Positions 27,843-44,803 of a DNA stretch of 64,000 nucleotides are shown piece by piece. The translations under genes and the position numbers were made by a program. Origin of the DNA: the human T2T-CHM13v2.0 reference genome, Homo sapiens. The notes beneath the pieces are model-generated. The model searched no databases, was not told the DNA's origin, and saw only the letters and a list, made by a program, of their open reading frames with translations. The stretch is from the NCBI RefSeq assembly GCF_009914755.1, contig NC_060947.1; one strand, given 5' to 3'. Each line of letters starts with the position of its first letter. Position 1 is the stretch's first letter.

Positions 27843-30477
27843 TTTAATTGGTATACTGACTGATCCAAAAATTTAAAGATTACACAATAAAATATATTTG
27901 AGTCATTTATAGAAAAAAGTATTTATTTAACCAAGTAAATGTCTTTATTTATACATATTGTTCTTGTTTATGTAATAAAAGGACTTACTATTACTTGAAA
28001 TTTTCAATTTTCTATTTGTCTTAAATTCCAAATCTAAGACAATTTTAATTGAGAATATAAGGCATGATTTTTTTCATTCAAAATATAGGAATGACTGAAT
28101 GTTGAAAAATGCAAGCAGTTCTATCATTTAAATGTATGAAGAGAATATGCTGTGGGGTTATTGATCTACTAATTGCTAATAAGTTTTAAAAACCTTTAAT
28201 TAATATATTATAAGTGTGTTTAAGCTAATGTGATTCATTAATAGAAGAGTACTACAGTAAAAACACTCCCTCATTAGCCATACAAGGCTCAGCCATGAAG
28301 TCAACTCTTGAAAATATCTAAGGTATGTTGGACTTAACAGCCTAAGTGATAAATAGTTCTGTATTATATTTGATTTCTGCAATTTTTTAACATAATTGTT
28401 CAGAAGAATTGGCTAGAATAATGTGAATGTAAAACAAAAATCCAAAGCCTCAGCCTCACTGAGAATTTTTTTTACTTGTGAATATTTCTAAGCAAGTAGG
28501 TCATTCTACAATGGTAATCCTTTCTTTCCACAAAATGAATATGTTAAAATTTTGACTACACTTTAAAGGCAATATTTCACTTTCATGGCATTAAAAAAAA
28601 TACAAAATTCTCTCTTTTATCGTTTTTTGAAGAGAGTAGGCCAAACTATCACTCTGAATTTTTAGAATATGGAATAAAGTCATCTTTTGTCCATTTTTAA
28701 AAGATTTAATAGTCCACTAGAATGTCAGCCATTTATTAGATTTATTAGGTGATTTGAGAAGATAGAATATTTCGTGACATCTATGAGCTTATTTCAGTAA
28801 TTCAAAGAATGTTAGAGTTGTATATTGCAGTAATTAGTTCAATCTTACAATTAATCCTTCACAGATATTTATGAAATTAATATCATATGTCCTTATGTGA
28901 TTATGTATGTCTGAGGGAAACCTATAACTAGAAAAAGATTACAATACAATTGAAAGGCAACCATGTGAGCAAATATGGAATGATTATCCAGTAACGTACC
29001 TTTAGTATAAATGATGTAGTCAAGTGCTGAAAAGGAAACTAAGATAATAAATGAAGTAAGATGAGGGTTATCAACTTTCTTAGAAGTAGCAATACTGAAA
29101 GTTTCCAATAGTGATTTTGAAGACATGGAATTGTTACCATGTGCACTAGAGATTATAAATGTACTAAGTTGTTCAATGGATTGTCTTGGCTATAATGGCA
29201 AGGCCTTATATATTGTAAGCATTAAGGTAAAGCTGAGTCCTCTGGCTGCTTAGCTGATAAAGTCAAACAGTAGAACATATATTAATAATCAGCCATAACT
29301 CAAAAATTTTTTGGTCATTTGAGGCACTGCAAATCTTCACCAAAGTAATTTCACCTCTCACATCTTTAGTGTAAATATTTCTAACTATAATTAATTATAG
29401 ACCACAAGTTCACTCTCACTGTAACATCCTTATTTTTTTCTCCATAGAGATTGATTGTAAATAACTACTTAATCTGTGAAGTATAGTATACAGTGGATGC
29501 TGTAATCAAACCCATAAATGTGGCTGCTTCGAATAAATGTGCTTTACTGCATGATGAGAAAAGCAGTAGTACTACAAAGTCTGAATTGCGAGCCCAATTT
29601 CCACTGTGCTTTAATTATCAGGGAAAAAAAACAACAACAACAACAAAAAAACAAAAAAACCCCTATTTACTCAGCATGAAATAACGAAAAAAGTGGTAAT
29701 AATTATACTAACATGATCCATGTAGATCTACTAGCTGGATATTTCAGAGGCCAACATTAGGTATGATTTTTAAATCAAAATTGCCTTCTTTGGTTCTGTG
29801 AAATATTAACTAGCAAGAAAACTTATAACTCTATCTTTTAATGTGCACTATGAAGCCATAATCTTAGATAATTACTTTTAGATTTTACGGAAACAATAAA
29901 ATACTTTGCTTTGGGGTAAAAGGGAAAATAATATGATATCACTGAATCTTAAAATTCCATCATATCATTAATTCTGGTCATTACTACACTTCTCTTATCA
30001 AGTGTAATTATCTCTTCAAACCAAATAACCTACATTTTTTAAGTTAATTAATTTCCAAAGAAGTTTTTATTGCATAAAAATTAATTTTTAAGTATATTGG
30101 AATAGAGATTTTGCCTTTGCAACAAGGACCTAAATTCACACATTTTATCATAATGACTCAGGTGCTTAAGCTAGAACATTTTTATTTTTTACAATAGTAT
30201 TTCAAATTGGTCCATACCATCTTTGTAAAAAATTAATCCATTTGATGTTTAACTATAATTTCCATCCATCACATTTTAATATGACTTTAATAAAATGTTA
30301 GCCAGCTGTTGTATGATAGAAATTCATACTTTAATATATTTTGCCTGAGTTGTCAAACCTGTCCTAAGTAACAATTAATTTAAATGATTTTCACTCCTTT
30401 GATTAGGTTCTAAGAGAATATCATAAATCTAGTGAAATTCATCAAGAAAGTCAATATTTTAAATTGCAGATGTAGAA

Positions 30478-30592
30478 GATTTATTAAGAGTCACACACTG
30501 TGATGAGAACTTTTAATGAGTTACCACAAAAAAACCTCATAACAACTCCATGAGATGTCTACTATTAATATTCTTATCCTACAAATGATGAA
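30478..30592 (-). mobile_element. MIR fragment
   Basis: ATTTATTAAG..CCTCATAACAACTCCATGAG..TTATCCTACAAATGATGAA resembles the MIR core. Confidence 0.55.
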
Positions 30593-30606
30593 GAGTGTGT
30601 ATTTGC

Positions 30607-31085
30607 TTCTTTTCTCTTTTTTCTCAACTTTTATTTTAGAATCAGGGTATACAAATGCAAAGTTATTACAAAGGTATATTGAACAATGCTGAGGTTTAGA
30701 CTACAAATAAATCCATCATCCAGGTAGTGAGCACAGTACCCAATAGATAGATTTTTTTTCAGTCTTTTCCCATGTTCTTTCTCCCACTTGTATTCCCCAG
30801 TATCTATTGTTCCCATTTTTATAACCATGTTTATTTAGGTAACACTTATAAGTGAGAACATTCAGTGTTTGGTTTTCTATTTCTGCATTAATGTGTTCAG
30901 AATAATAATTTACAACTGCTTCCATGTTGCTACAAAAGACATGATTTCATTTTTTTTATGGCTGCATAGTATTCCATGGTATATATGTACCACAATTTCT
31001 TTATACAATCAACCATTGATGGGCACATGGGTTAATTTTATGTCTTTGTAATTTTGAATAGTGCTGTCCTGTACATATGGGTTCC
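30607..31085 (-). mobile_element. L1PB4/L1PA16-like 3' end, antisense
   Basis: AACTTTTATTTTAGAATCAGGG..CAGGTAGTGAGCACAGTACCCAATAG..TTTATGGCTGCATAGTATTCCATGG. Confidence 0.85.
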
Positions 31086-32431
31086 TGTAGGACAGAGATT
31101 ACATACTAGAAGAGAAAAGTCAAGAAAACTAGAGGCTAAAACAACACCCAGGACATGTGTAGTGGCTCAAAATTTTTCCCAGATGCAAAGGAAGTCCATA
31201 GAAAAGAGTGCTCAAAATCTCTCCCAAAAGGAATTAACTTTATTTAAAGAGTGCAAAGAAATTCAAGCCTAAGATCACTCAAAAATAGCTTCTCTAAATG
31301 AGGAGTCAGATAGTTTATCATCTGAAAAAGTGGAAAAGCCAACTAAGAGGATCTTTTCTTGCATTGGAGCAAATCTCACAGACTGGCTTCAAAAAGTACC
31401 TCTGACATTTTATAAACATATATCAAAACATTACATTCTACCCCATAAATATATGCAATTACTTGTATATTTAACATTTAAAATTCAAAATTCAAAAAAA
31501 AAACTAGTTAAGCCAACACAAACATTAGACATTGAACTTATTTAAAGAAAAAGCAAAACAAAACAAACTATACCCCTACCTGAAGTTAATTGGTCTAGGC
31601 TATAAAGCAATTTATATTGTAATGAATTGTTGAAAAAATCAGGAAACCAGAGAGCAATTCATGAAGACTCAAAACTGGGTTTCATACAAAATGAGACAGA
31701 TATATTAACAGAGACATAGAGGAAATACGCAGTCAAAAAGAGCGCTAATCAATGACTGCAATTAAAGGGAGATTGTGCACATGCTTAAGGCTGAGCCTCC
31801 TAAGGAGTGACACCAAATATGTTCAAGAAACTAAAAAAAACCATGATTTAAAAAGTAAAGGTAGGTATAATGCCAATATCTCATCAAATGGAGAATATCA
31901 ATACAGAAATAAAAATTAAAAAAAGAACCAAACTCAAATTCTGGAATTGAAACGTACAGTGACCAAACTAAGACATTCACCAGAGGGGTTAAATAGTTTA
32001 TTAGAACTAGCAGAAGAAAGAGGTAGAGAACATTGTGATAAAACAACATAGATTATTCAATATAAATACAAGAAAACAGAATGTAGACAAATGTACCAAG
32101 TCTCAGACAAATATGACACATCTTTATGTGCACTAACACAAACATAGTAAGGATACCAGTTGAGAGGAGAGAAAGAATGGATAGAGATCCACACTCAGAC
32201 CTAAAGAAAGAAATGCTGAAGAAAAAGAGAAAATATTGAAAGCGGAAAAATAAAATGACTTACTACATGCAGGGGAACAACAATAAGATTAAGAGCTGAT
32301 TTCTCATCAGAAATAATGAAGACAAGAAGACAATGGGATGACACATTCAAAAAGTGAAAAAAAAAACAAAAACAAACCACTGTTAACCAAGAATCTTCTA
32401 CCAGGAAAACCCATCTTTTAAAAATCAAGGT

Positions 32432-33460
32432 GGGGGGTACAGCCAAGATGGCTGAATAGGAACAGCTCCAGTCTACAGCTCCCAGCGTGAGCAATGCAGA
32501 AGATGGGTGATTTCTGCATTTCCAACTGAGGTACCAGGTTCATCTCACTGGAGAGTGCCAGACAGTGGGTGCAGGACAGTGGGTGCAGTGCACTGTGTGT
32601 GAGCTGAAGCAGGGCGAGGCATCGCCTCACCCAGGAAGCACAAGGGGTCAGGGAATTCCCTTTCCTAGTCAAAGAAAGGGGTGACAGACGGCACCTGGAA
32701 AGTCGGGTCACTCCCACCCTAATACTGCGCTTTTCCAAAGGGCTTCATAAATGGCACACCAGGAGATTATATCCCACACATGGCTCGGAGGGTCCTACAC
32801 CCACGGAGCCTCGCTCTTTGCTAGCACAGCAGTCCGAGATCAAACTGCAAGGTGGCAGGAAGGCTGGGGGAGGGGCACCTGCCATTGCTCAGGCTTGAGT
32901 AGGTAAACAAAGCAGCTGGGAAGCACCAACTGGGTGGAGCCCACCACAGCTCAAGGAGGCCTGCCTGCCTCTGTAGGCTCCACCTCTGGGGGCAGGGCAC
33001 AGACAAACAAAAGACAGCAGTAACCTCTGCAGACTTAAATGTCCCTGTCTGATAGCTTTGAAGAGAGTAGTGGTTCTCCCAGCACGCAGCTTGAGATCTG
33101 AGAACAGACAGACTGCCTCCTCAAGTGGGTCCCTGACCCCCGAGTAGCCTAACTGGGAGGCACCCCCCAGTAGGGGCGGACTGACACTTCACACGGCCGG
33201 GTACTCCTCTGAGACAAAACTTCCAGAGGAATGATCAGGCAGCAGCATTTGCGATTCACCAATATCTGCTGTTCTGCAGCCACCGCTGCTGATACCCAGG
33301 CAAACAGGGTCTGGAGTGGACCTCCAGTAAACTCCAACAGACCTGCAGCTGAGGGTCCTGTCTGTTAGAAGGAAAACTAACAAACAGAAAGGACATCCAC
33401 ACCAAAAACCCATCTGTTCATCACCATCATCAAAGACCAAAGGTAGATAAAACCACAAAG
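32432..33460 (+). promoter_or_regulatory. L1 5'UTR internal sense/antisense promoter; YY1 motif CpG-decayed
   Basis: CAAGATGGCTG at 32444-32454 versus consensus CAAGATGGCCG; the rest is a typical L1PA 5'UTR. Confidence 0.8.
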
Positions 33461-34477
33461 ATGGGGAAAAAACAGAGCAGAAAAACCGGAAACTCTAAAG
33501 ATCAGAGCGCCTCTCCTCCTCCAAAGGAATGCAGCTCCTCACCAGCAACGGAACAAAGCTGGATGGAGAATGACTTAGATGAGCTGAGAGAGGAAGGCTT
33601 CAGAAGATCAAACTACTCTGAGCGAAAGGAGGAAGTTTGAACCAATGGCAAAGAAGTTAAAAACTTTGAAAAAATATTAGACGAATGGATAACTAGAATA
33701 ATCAATGCAGAGAAGTCCTTAAAGGACCTGATGGAGCTGAAAACCATGGCATGAGAAATACACGATGAACGCACAAGCCTCAGGAACCGATGCAATCAAC
33801 TGGAAGAAAGGGTATCAGTGATGGAAGACGAAATGAATGAAATGAAGCGTGAAGAGAAGTTTACAGAAAACAGAAGAAAAAGAAGGAAACAAAGCCTCCA
33901 AGAAATATGGGACTATGTGAAAAGACCAAATCTACATCTGATTGGTGTACCTGAAAGTGACGGGGAAAATGGAACCAAGTTGGAAAACACTCTGCAGGAT
34001 ATTATCCAGGAGAACTTCCCCAATCTAGCAAGGCAGGCCAACATTCAAATTCAGGAAATACAGAGAACGCCACAAAGATACTCCTCGAGAAGAGCAACTC
34101 CAAGACACATAATTATCAGATTCACCAAAGATGAAATGAAGGAAAAAATGTTAAGGGTAGCCAGAGAGAAAGGTCGGGTTACCCACAAAGGGAAGCCAGT
34201 CAGACTAACAGCGGATCTCTCGGCAGAAACTCTACAAACCAGAAGAGAGTGGGGGCCAATATTCAACATTCTTAAAGAAAAGAATTTTCAACCCAGAATT
34301 TCATATCCAGCCAAACTAAGCTTCATAAGTGAAGGAGAAATAAAATACTTTACAGACAAGCAAATGCTGAGAGATTTTGTCACCACCAGGCCTGCCCTAA
34401 AAGAGCTCCTGAAGGAAGTACTAAACATGGAAAGGAACAACCGGTACCAGCCACTGCAAAAACATACCAAATTGTAA
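33461..34477 (+). pseudogene. L1 ORF1p, disabled by nonsense codons
   Basis: ATGGGGAAAAAACAG at 33461; in-frame TGA near 33638. The C-terminal 219 aa are open (YVKRPNL..ENFPNLARQA..YPAKLSF). Confidence 0.92.
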
Positions 34478-34540
34478 AGACCATCAAGGCTAGGAAGAAA
34501 CTGCATCAAGTAACGAGCAAAACAACCAGCTAACATCATA

Positions 34541-38362
<3,822 letters not shown>

Positions 38363-38504
38363 ACAATGAGAACACTTGGACACAGGGTGAGGAATATCAC
38401 ACCCTGGGGCCTGTCACGGGGTGGGGGGAGGGGGAAGGGATAGCATTAGGAGATATACCTAATGTAAATGATGAGTTAATGAGTGGAGAACACCCACAGG
38501 ACAC

Positions 38505-38538
<34 letters not shown>

Positions 38539-38635
38539 AACCTGCACGTTGTGCACATGTACCCTAGAACTTAAAGTATAATAAAAAAAAGAAAAGGAAA
38601 AAAAAGAGCTGATTAAAGAAAACAAGGCAAAAAAA

Positions 38636-39600
38636 AAAGAAATTGTCAACAGAGTGAAAACCTACAAAATGAGAGAAAATATTTGCAAACTATGCATCTG
38701 ACAAGGATCTAAATCTCAAATTTGCAAGGAACTTTAACAAGAAAAAAAAACCATTAAAAAGTGGGCAGAGGAAGTGAACACTTTTCAAGAAAACCCACAG
38801 ACACGGCCAACAAGCATATGAAAAAAAAATGCTCAATATCACTAATAATTAGAGAAATGCAAATAAAAGTTCCAATGAGATTCCATCTCACTCCAGTCAG
38901 AATGTCTACTACTGAAAAGTCATAAAATCACAGATGCTGGTGAGGTTGTAGAAAATAGAATTCTTATGCACTGCTGATGGAAATGTAAACTAGTTTATCC
39001 TTTGTGGGAAGCAGTGTGGCGATTTCTCACAGGACTTACAATAGAACTACCATTTGACCCAGCAACTCCATAATTGGGTATACATCCAAAGGAATATAAA
39101 TTGTTCTACCAATAAAGACACATGCACTGGCATGTTCATTGCAGCACTATTCACAATAGAAAATACATGAAATCAATGTAAATGCCCATCAATGGTAGAT
39201 TGGATAAAGAAAATGCAGTACATGTGCACCACGGAATACCATGCAACCACAAAAAGAATGAGAGGTTCTTTGTAGCAACATGGATGGAGGAGGAGGCCAT
39301 TATTCTAAGCAAACTAATGCAGGAACAAAAAACAAATACTGAATGTTATCACTTATAAGTGGGAGCTAATCATTGAGTATACATGAAAACAAAGAAGGGA
39401 ACAGCAGACATAGGGACCTACTCGAAGATGGAGGGTGAAAGTGGGCTGAGGATTGAAAAACCACCTATTGGGTACCATACTTATTACCTGGTAACAAAAT
39501 AATCTGTACACCAAGCCCCCTTGACATGCAATTTACCTGTATAAAAAACCTGTACATGTGCCCCTGAACCTAAAATAAAAGTTGTTAAAAAAAAAAAAAA
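38636..39600 (+). mobile_element. L1PA15/16-like 3' portion
   Basis: ORF2 end and 3'UTR (GAGGATTGAAAAACCACCTATTGGGTAC..CCCCTGAACCTAAAATAAAAGTT) with A-tail. Confidence 0.85.
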
Positions 39601-41138
39601 CTAAATAGAAAACAAGAGAGCAACTAAAATAGATCACACTTTTAAAATAAAAAGTACTTTCTCTAGTTAAAAAAAATAAATTAAATTAAACATTCCCTAG
39701 GATCTGCCATATGCTAGGCCAGAAAATGGTTCTCAACAAGTTTGAAATTATTAAAATCACATAAGATATGTTTTTCAATGAAAATTGAGTGAAATTAGAA
39801 ATTAATATCATGAAGAAATTTGGAAAATAAAAAATTGTTTGGTAATTAATACACTCCTAAATAATTAATGTGTGAAAGAAGATATCATAAGGGAAATTAT
39901 AAAAAAAAATTTGAGATGAATGAAAATGAAGACAGAACATATCAAAACTGACAGGATGAAGTAAAATAGTCCTTAGAGAAAAAAAATTATAATCATCTGC
40001 ATTCAAAAGAAAGAATTCTCAATGTATTAGCCTAATCTCATGACACTGGAAAAACAAAAGCAAACTAAATGTAAAGGAACTGGAAGGAAATAAAAGGGAT
40101 TAGAGTAGAAATTATTAAACTAGAGAAAAGAAAAATGTTGAAGAAAAATCAATGCAACTAAAACTTGGTTCTTTAAGAAGATGAACAAAATTGACAGTCT
40201 TTTAGTTAGAGTAGCTGAGAAAGAAAGAGAGAGATGACACAAAGTACTAAAATCACAAATGAAAGAGGACACAATTGGCCTTAAAGAAATCTGAATGATA
40301 AAAGGATATTATGATCAGCCATGTGTCAACAAGTTAGGTAAACTTGTTGAAATGGAGAAATTTCTAGAAAGATAAAAACTACCATCATGGACTAAGGATG
40401 AAATAGAAAATCTAAGTCAACCTATAACAATTATAGGGATTAAATTACTAATGTAAAAATAAAAATACAGAAAAAGAAAAGACCAGTCCTATGTCTTCAC
40501 TGATAAATTTTAGCACATAATCAAGGTAATGAATTCTACTTTTTCAAAAACATTTTCAAATATATAGAGATTATGGAATATTTTCCAACTCATTTCATGA
40601 GTCCAGTACTAATCTGATATCAAAATCAGACAAAACATTACAAGGAAAAAAATGACAAATCAGGGTCTGGGAAAAAAAAATGGCAGATAGGAGGCAGGAA
40701 TAACTTGAAGCTCCCACTCAGACAGAGCATCATGTGGAGACTCATGTTGTAACTTTTTCTCCAAGAATTACTGCAGTGTTCCTGCAGTATCAGGAAAGCT
40801 GAGAGAATCCACAGACACTTGAATAGGGTGGATTGATGCTGCAGGCTCAGTGGGACAACAGAGAAACTCTGAAGATGAAGAACGTAATTTCTTGGGAGCT
40901 CTGTGGCCCTGCCCATGACACGACCCTAGAGAAAACTTGTATCCTCCCTATAATACTGCAGCTGATGGGCTCTTGAAAGCAACACCTCCTGGCTGGAGGC
41001 CAACAAACGCAAAACCAGTACACTTAACAAAAATACAAGCAAGGTTCCTCACAGAGTCCACTTCACTCCCTTGCTACCTCCACTGGAGCACCTGCTGTTA
41101 TCCGTGGCTGAGAGACCTGAAGACAGATCACATCACAG

Positions 41139-41852
41139 TGAGCGGAGGTGCCAGCTGGGCTTCCTGGGTCGAGTAGGGGCTCAGAAAGCTGTGAAATTCA
41201 CTCATTTCCTGCATCATGACTTACTTCGGTCCTGGATGAATCATATTGAAGATATATGCTTAAACTATTCCTAACACCAGGATTTGTGCATGTGTTTTCT
41301 TCCCCAAGAAAGCTAAAAACAGCTAATATTTTGCTGTAAGTTTCCCTGTGTCCTCTCTCCCTCTCTCCCTTCCCCATCCCCTGAAACTAAAGTAAAAGGA
41401 ATGTTAACTGCCCATTTTTTCTGTGACCAGCAGACCTTATCTATACTCCCAATTCCAATTCCTTGTAAACATACTTTGTACAGTCCTGTAAGATCCTGTC
41501 TCCTTTGCCATGCCTCTCCAAGGTCATAAAGTAGATAAAACCTAGGTTACAATTCCGGTTTTCCTCAAGACCTAAGACATGTTACAAATGGTTAATTGCC
41601 TTTGTTTCTTGCTCTGGTAACATCTTCCCGCTGCACGTCTTTCCCACCTTAAAGAGTTTAAAAGGCAATTGTATAATCTAAATCTGGCTACCCGTTCAGG
41701 ACCCCTTCCACACTGTGAAAGGTTTGTACTTTCACTCTGCTCAATAAAGTCTACAGCTTTTTCTCACTCTTGGTCCGTATCTCTATCACTCGCTGCAGTC
41801 AGCCGCCACACCAATTCTTTGGCGTGGCTAGGCAAGAACCTTAGGCATTACA
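41139..41852 (+). mobile_element. ERV1 solo LTR, LTR30-like (copy 1)
   Basis: TG..CA termini (TGAGCGGAGGTGCCAGCTGGGC..GGCATTACA), TTTAAAA TATA-like box and AATAAA; 4-bp TSD ACAG/ACAT. Family name from memory. Confidence 0.85.
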
Positions 41853-44102
41853 ACATGACCCTTTGCAGACACACCATAGTACCAGCCTAGAGCCCAGTAG
41901 CTTCACTGGGTGGCTAGATCCAGAAGAGAAATAATAAGCACTGCAGTTTGGCTCTCAGAAAGCCACATCACTAGGGGAAGGGGGAGAGCACTAAATCATG
42001 GGAGCACCCCATGGGACAAAAGAATTTGAACAGAAGCTCTTGAGTCTCAGATCCACCCTTTGTCATAGTCTACCAAAAAGAGAAGGAACCAGAAAATCAA
42101 TTCTGGTAATATGACAAAACAAGGTTCTTTAACATCCCCAAAAGATTACACTAACTCACCAGCAATGGATCCAAACCAAGACAAAAGCTCTTAATTGCCA
42201 GAAAAAGAATTCCAAAGGTAAATTATTAAGCTAATCAAGCAGTCACAAGAGACGGTAAAGTCTAACATAATGAAATACAAAAAGATATAGGATATTAATA
42301 GAGAAATCTCCAGTGAAATAGACAGCATAAACAAAAAACAAACACAACTTCTAGAAATGAAGGACACACTTAGAGAAATGCAAAATGCACTGGAATGTCT
42401 CAGCAACAGAACCCAACAAGTAGAAGAAAGAACTTCAGAGCTCATAGACAAGGCTTTCAAATTAATCCAATCCAACAAAGACAAAAAATTTTTTTTTTTA
42501 ATGAACAAAGCCTCCAAAAAGTTTGGGATTATGTTAAATGACCAAACCTAAAAATAATTGGTGTTCCTGAGGAAGAAGAGAAATCTAAGTTTGGAAAACA
42601 TATTTGAGAGAACAATCAAGGAAAACTTCCCTGGCCTTGCTAAGGATCTAGACATCCAAATACAAGAAGCTTAAAGAACATCTGGAAAATGCACCACAAA
42701 AAGATAATTGCCTCACACATAATCATCAGGTTATCTAAAGTCAAGACAAAGTAAAGAATCTTGAGAGCGGTGAGGCAAAAGCAACAGGTAACCTATAAAG
42801 GAAAACCTATTGGATTAACAGCAGATTTCTCAGCAGACACCCTACAGGCTAGAAGGGATTGAGGTCCTATCTTTAGCCTCCTTAAACAAAACAACTATCA
42901 GCCAAGAATTTTGTATCCAATGAAGCTAAGCTTCATAAACGAAGGAAGGATACAGTCTTTTTCAGACAAACAAATGCTGAGAGAATTCACCACTACCAAG
43001 CCATCACTACAGGAACTGCTAAAAGGAGCTCTAAACCTTGACATAAATACTCTAAATACACCAAAATAGAATATCTTAAAGCAAATCTCACTAGACCTAT
43101 AAAAAAAAACACAATTAAGATAAAACAAGGTACTCAGTCAACAAATAGCACGATGAATAGAATAGTACCTCACATCTCAATACTAACATTGACTGTAAAT
43201 GGCCTAAATGCTCCACTTAAAACATAAAGAATGACAGAATGGATGATAATTCGCCAACCAAGTATCTACTGTCCTCAGGAAACTCACATGACATATAAGG
43301 ATTCATATAAACATAAAGAAGAGAGGTAGAAAAAGATATTTCATGAAATTGAAAGCCAAAAGCAAGAAGGAGTAGCTATTCTTATATCAGGCAAAACAAA
43401 CATTAGAGCAATAGCAGTTAAAAAAGACAAAGAGGGACATTATATAATGATAAAAGGACTACTCCAACAGGAAAATATCACAATCCTGAATATATATGCA
43501 CCTAAAACTGAAGCTTATAAATTTATAAAACAGTTACTACTAGACAAGAAATGAGACAGAGAGGAATACAATAATAGTGGGGGCTTTAATACTCCACTGA
43601 CAGCACTAGACAGGTCATCAAGACAGAAAATCAACAAAGGAACAATAGACTTAAACTATACCCTAGAACAAATGGATTTAACAGATACTGACAGAACATT
43701 CTACCAAACAACTGCAGAATATAAATTCTATTCTTCAGCACATGGAACAGTCTCCAAGATAGACCATATGATAGGCCATAAAACAAGTCTCAACAAATTT
43801 AAGAAAAACAAAATCATATTAAGTACTCTCTCAGATCACAGTGGAATAAAATTGGAAATCAATTCCAAAAGGAACCCTCAAAACAATGCGAATACCTGGA
43901 AATTAAATGATCTGCTCCTGAGTGATCATTGAGTAAACAATGAAATCAAGGTAGAAATTTAAAAATTATTTGAATTGAATGATAATAGTGACACAACATA
44001 TCAAAACCTCTGGGATACAGAAATAGCGGTGCTAAGAAGAAAGTTCATAGCATTAAATGCCTACATCAAAAAGTCTGAAAGAGCACAAATAGATAAACTA
44101 AG

Positions 44103-44803
44103 TGAGAGGAGGTTCCAGCTGGGCTTCCTGGGTCAAGTAGGGGCTCAGAAAGCTGTGAAACTCACTCATTTCCTGCGTCAGGACTTACTTTGGTCCTGGA
44201 TAAATAATATTGAAGATATATGTTTAAAATATTCCTAACGTCAGAATTTGTGCATGTGTTTTCTTCCTCAAGATAGCTATAAACAGCGAAACTTTTGCTG
44301 TAAGCTTCCCTGTGTCCTCGCTCCCTCTTCTCCCTTCCCCCTCCCCTGAAACTAAAAAGAATGTTAAAAGCCCATTTTTTCTGTGATCGGCAGACCTTAT
44401 GTATGCTCCCAATTCCAATTCCTTGTAAACACAATTCATAAAATCCTGTGAGATCCTATCTCCTTTGCCATGCTGCTGCAAGGTTATAAAGTAGAAAAAT
44501 GTAAGTTACAATTCCGGTTTTCCTCAAGATCTAAGACATGTTAATTGTCTTTGTTTCTTGCTCTGGTAACATCTTCCCGCCGCATGTATTTCCCGCCTTA
44601 CAGAGTTTAAAAGGTGATCAAAAAATCTAACACTGGCTACCCACTCGGGACCCCTTCTACACTGTGGAAGCTTTGTACTGTCACTCTGCTCAATAAAGCC
44701 TACAGCTTTTTTTCTCTCTGTCCAATCTGTGTCTCTCTCTCACCGCAGGCTGCTGCCACACCAAATCTTCGGCGTGGCTAAGGCAAGAACCTTTGGTGTT
44801 ACA
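44103..44803 (+). mobile_element. ERV1 solo LTR, LTR30-like (copy 2)
   Basis: TGAGAGGAGGTTCCAGCTGGGC..GGTGTTACA; homologous to copy 1 along its full length; 4-bp TSD TAAG/CAAG. Confidence 0.85.

Noticed and set aside
41139-44803. Intact provirus or novel LTR retroelement carrying L1 ORF1
   Set aside because: Each LTR has its own TSD, there is no shared outer TSD, no PBS/PPT is evident, and the L1PB continues on both outer sides.
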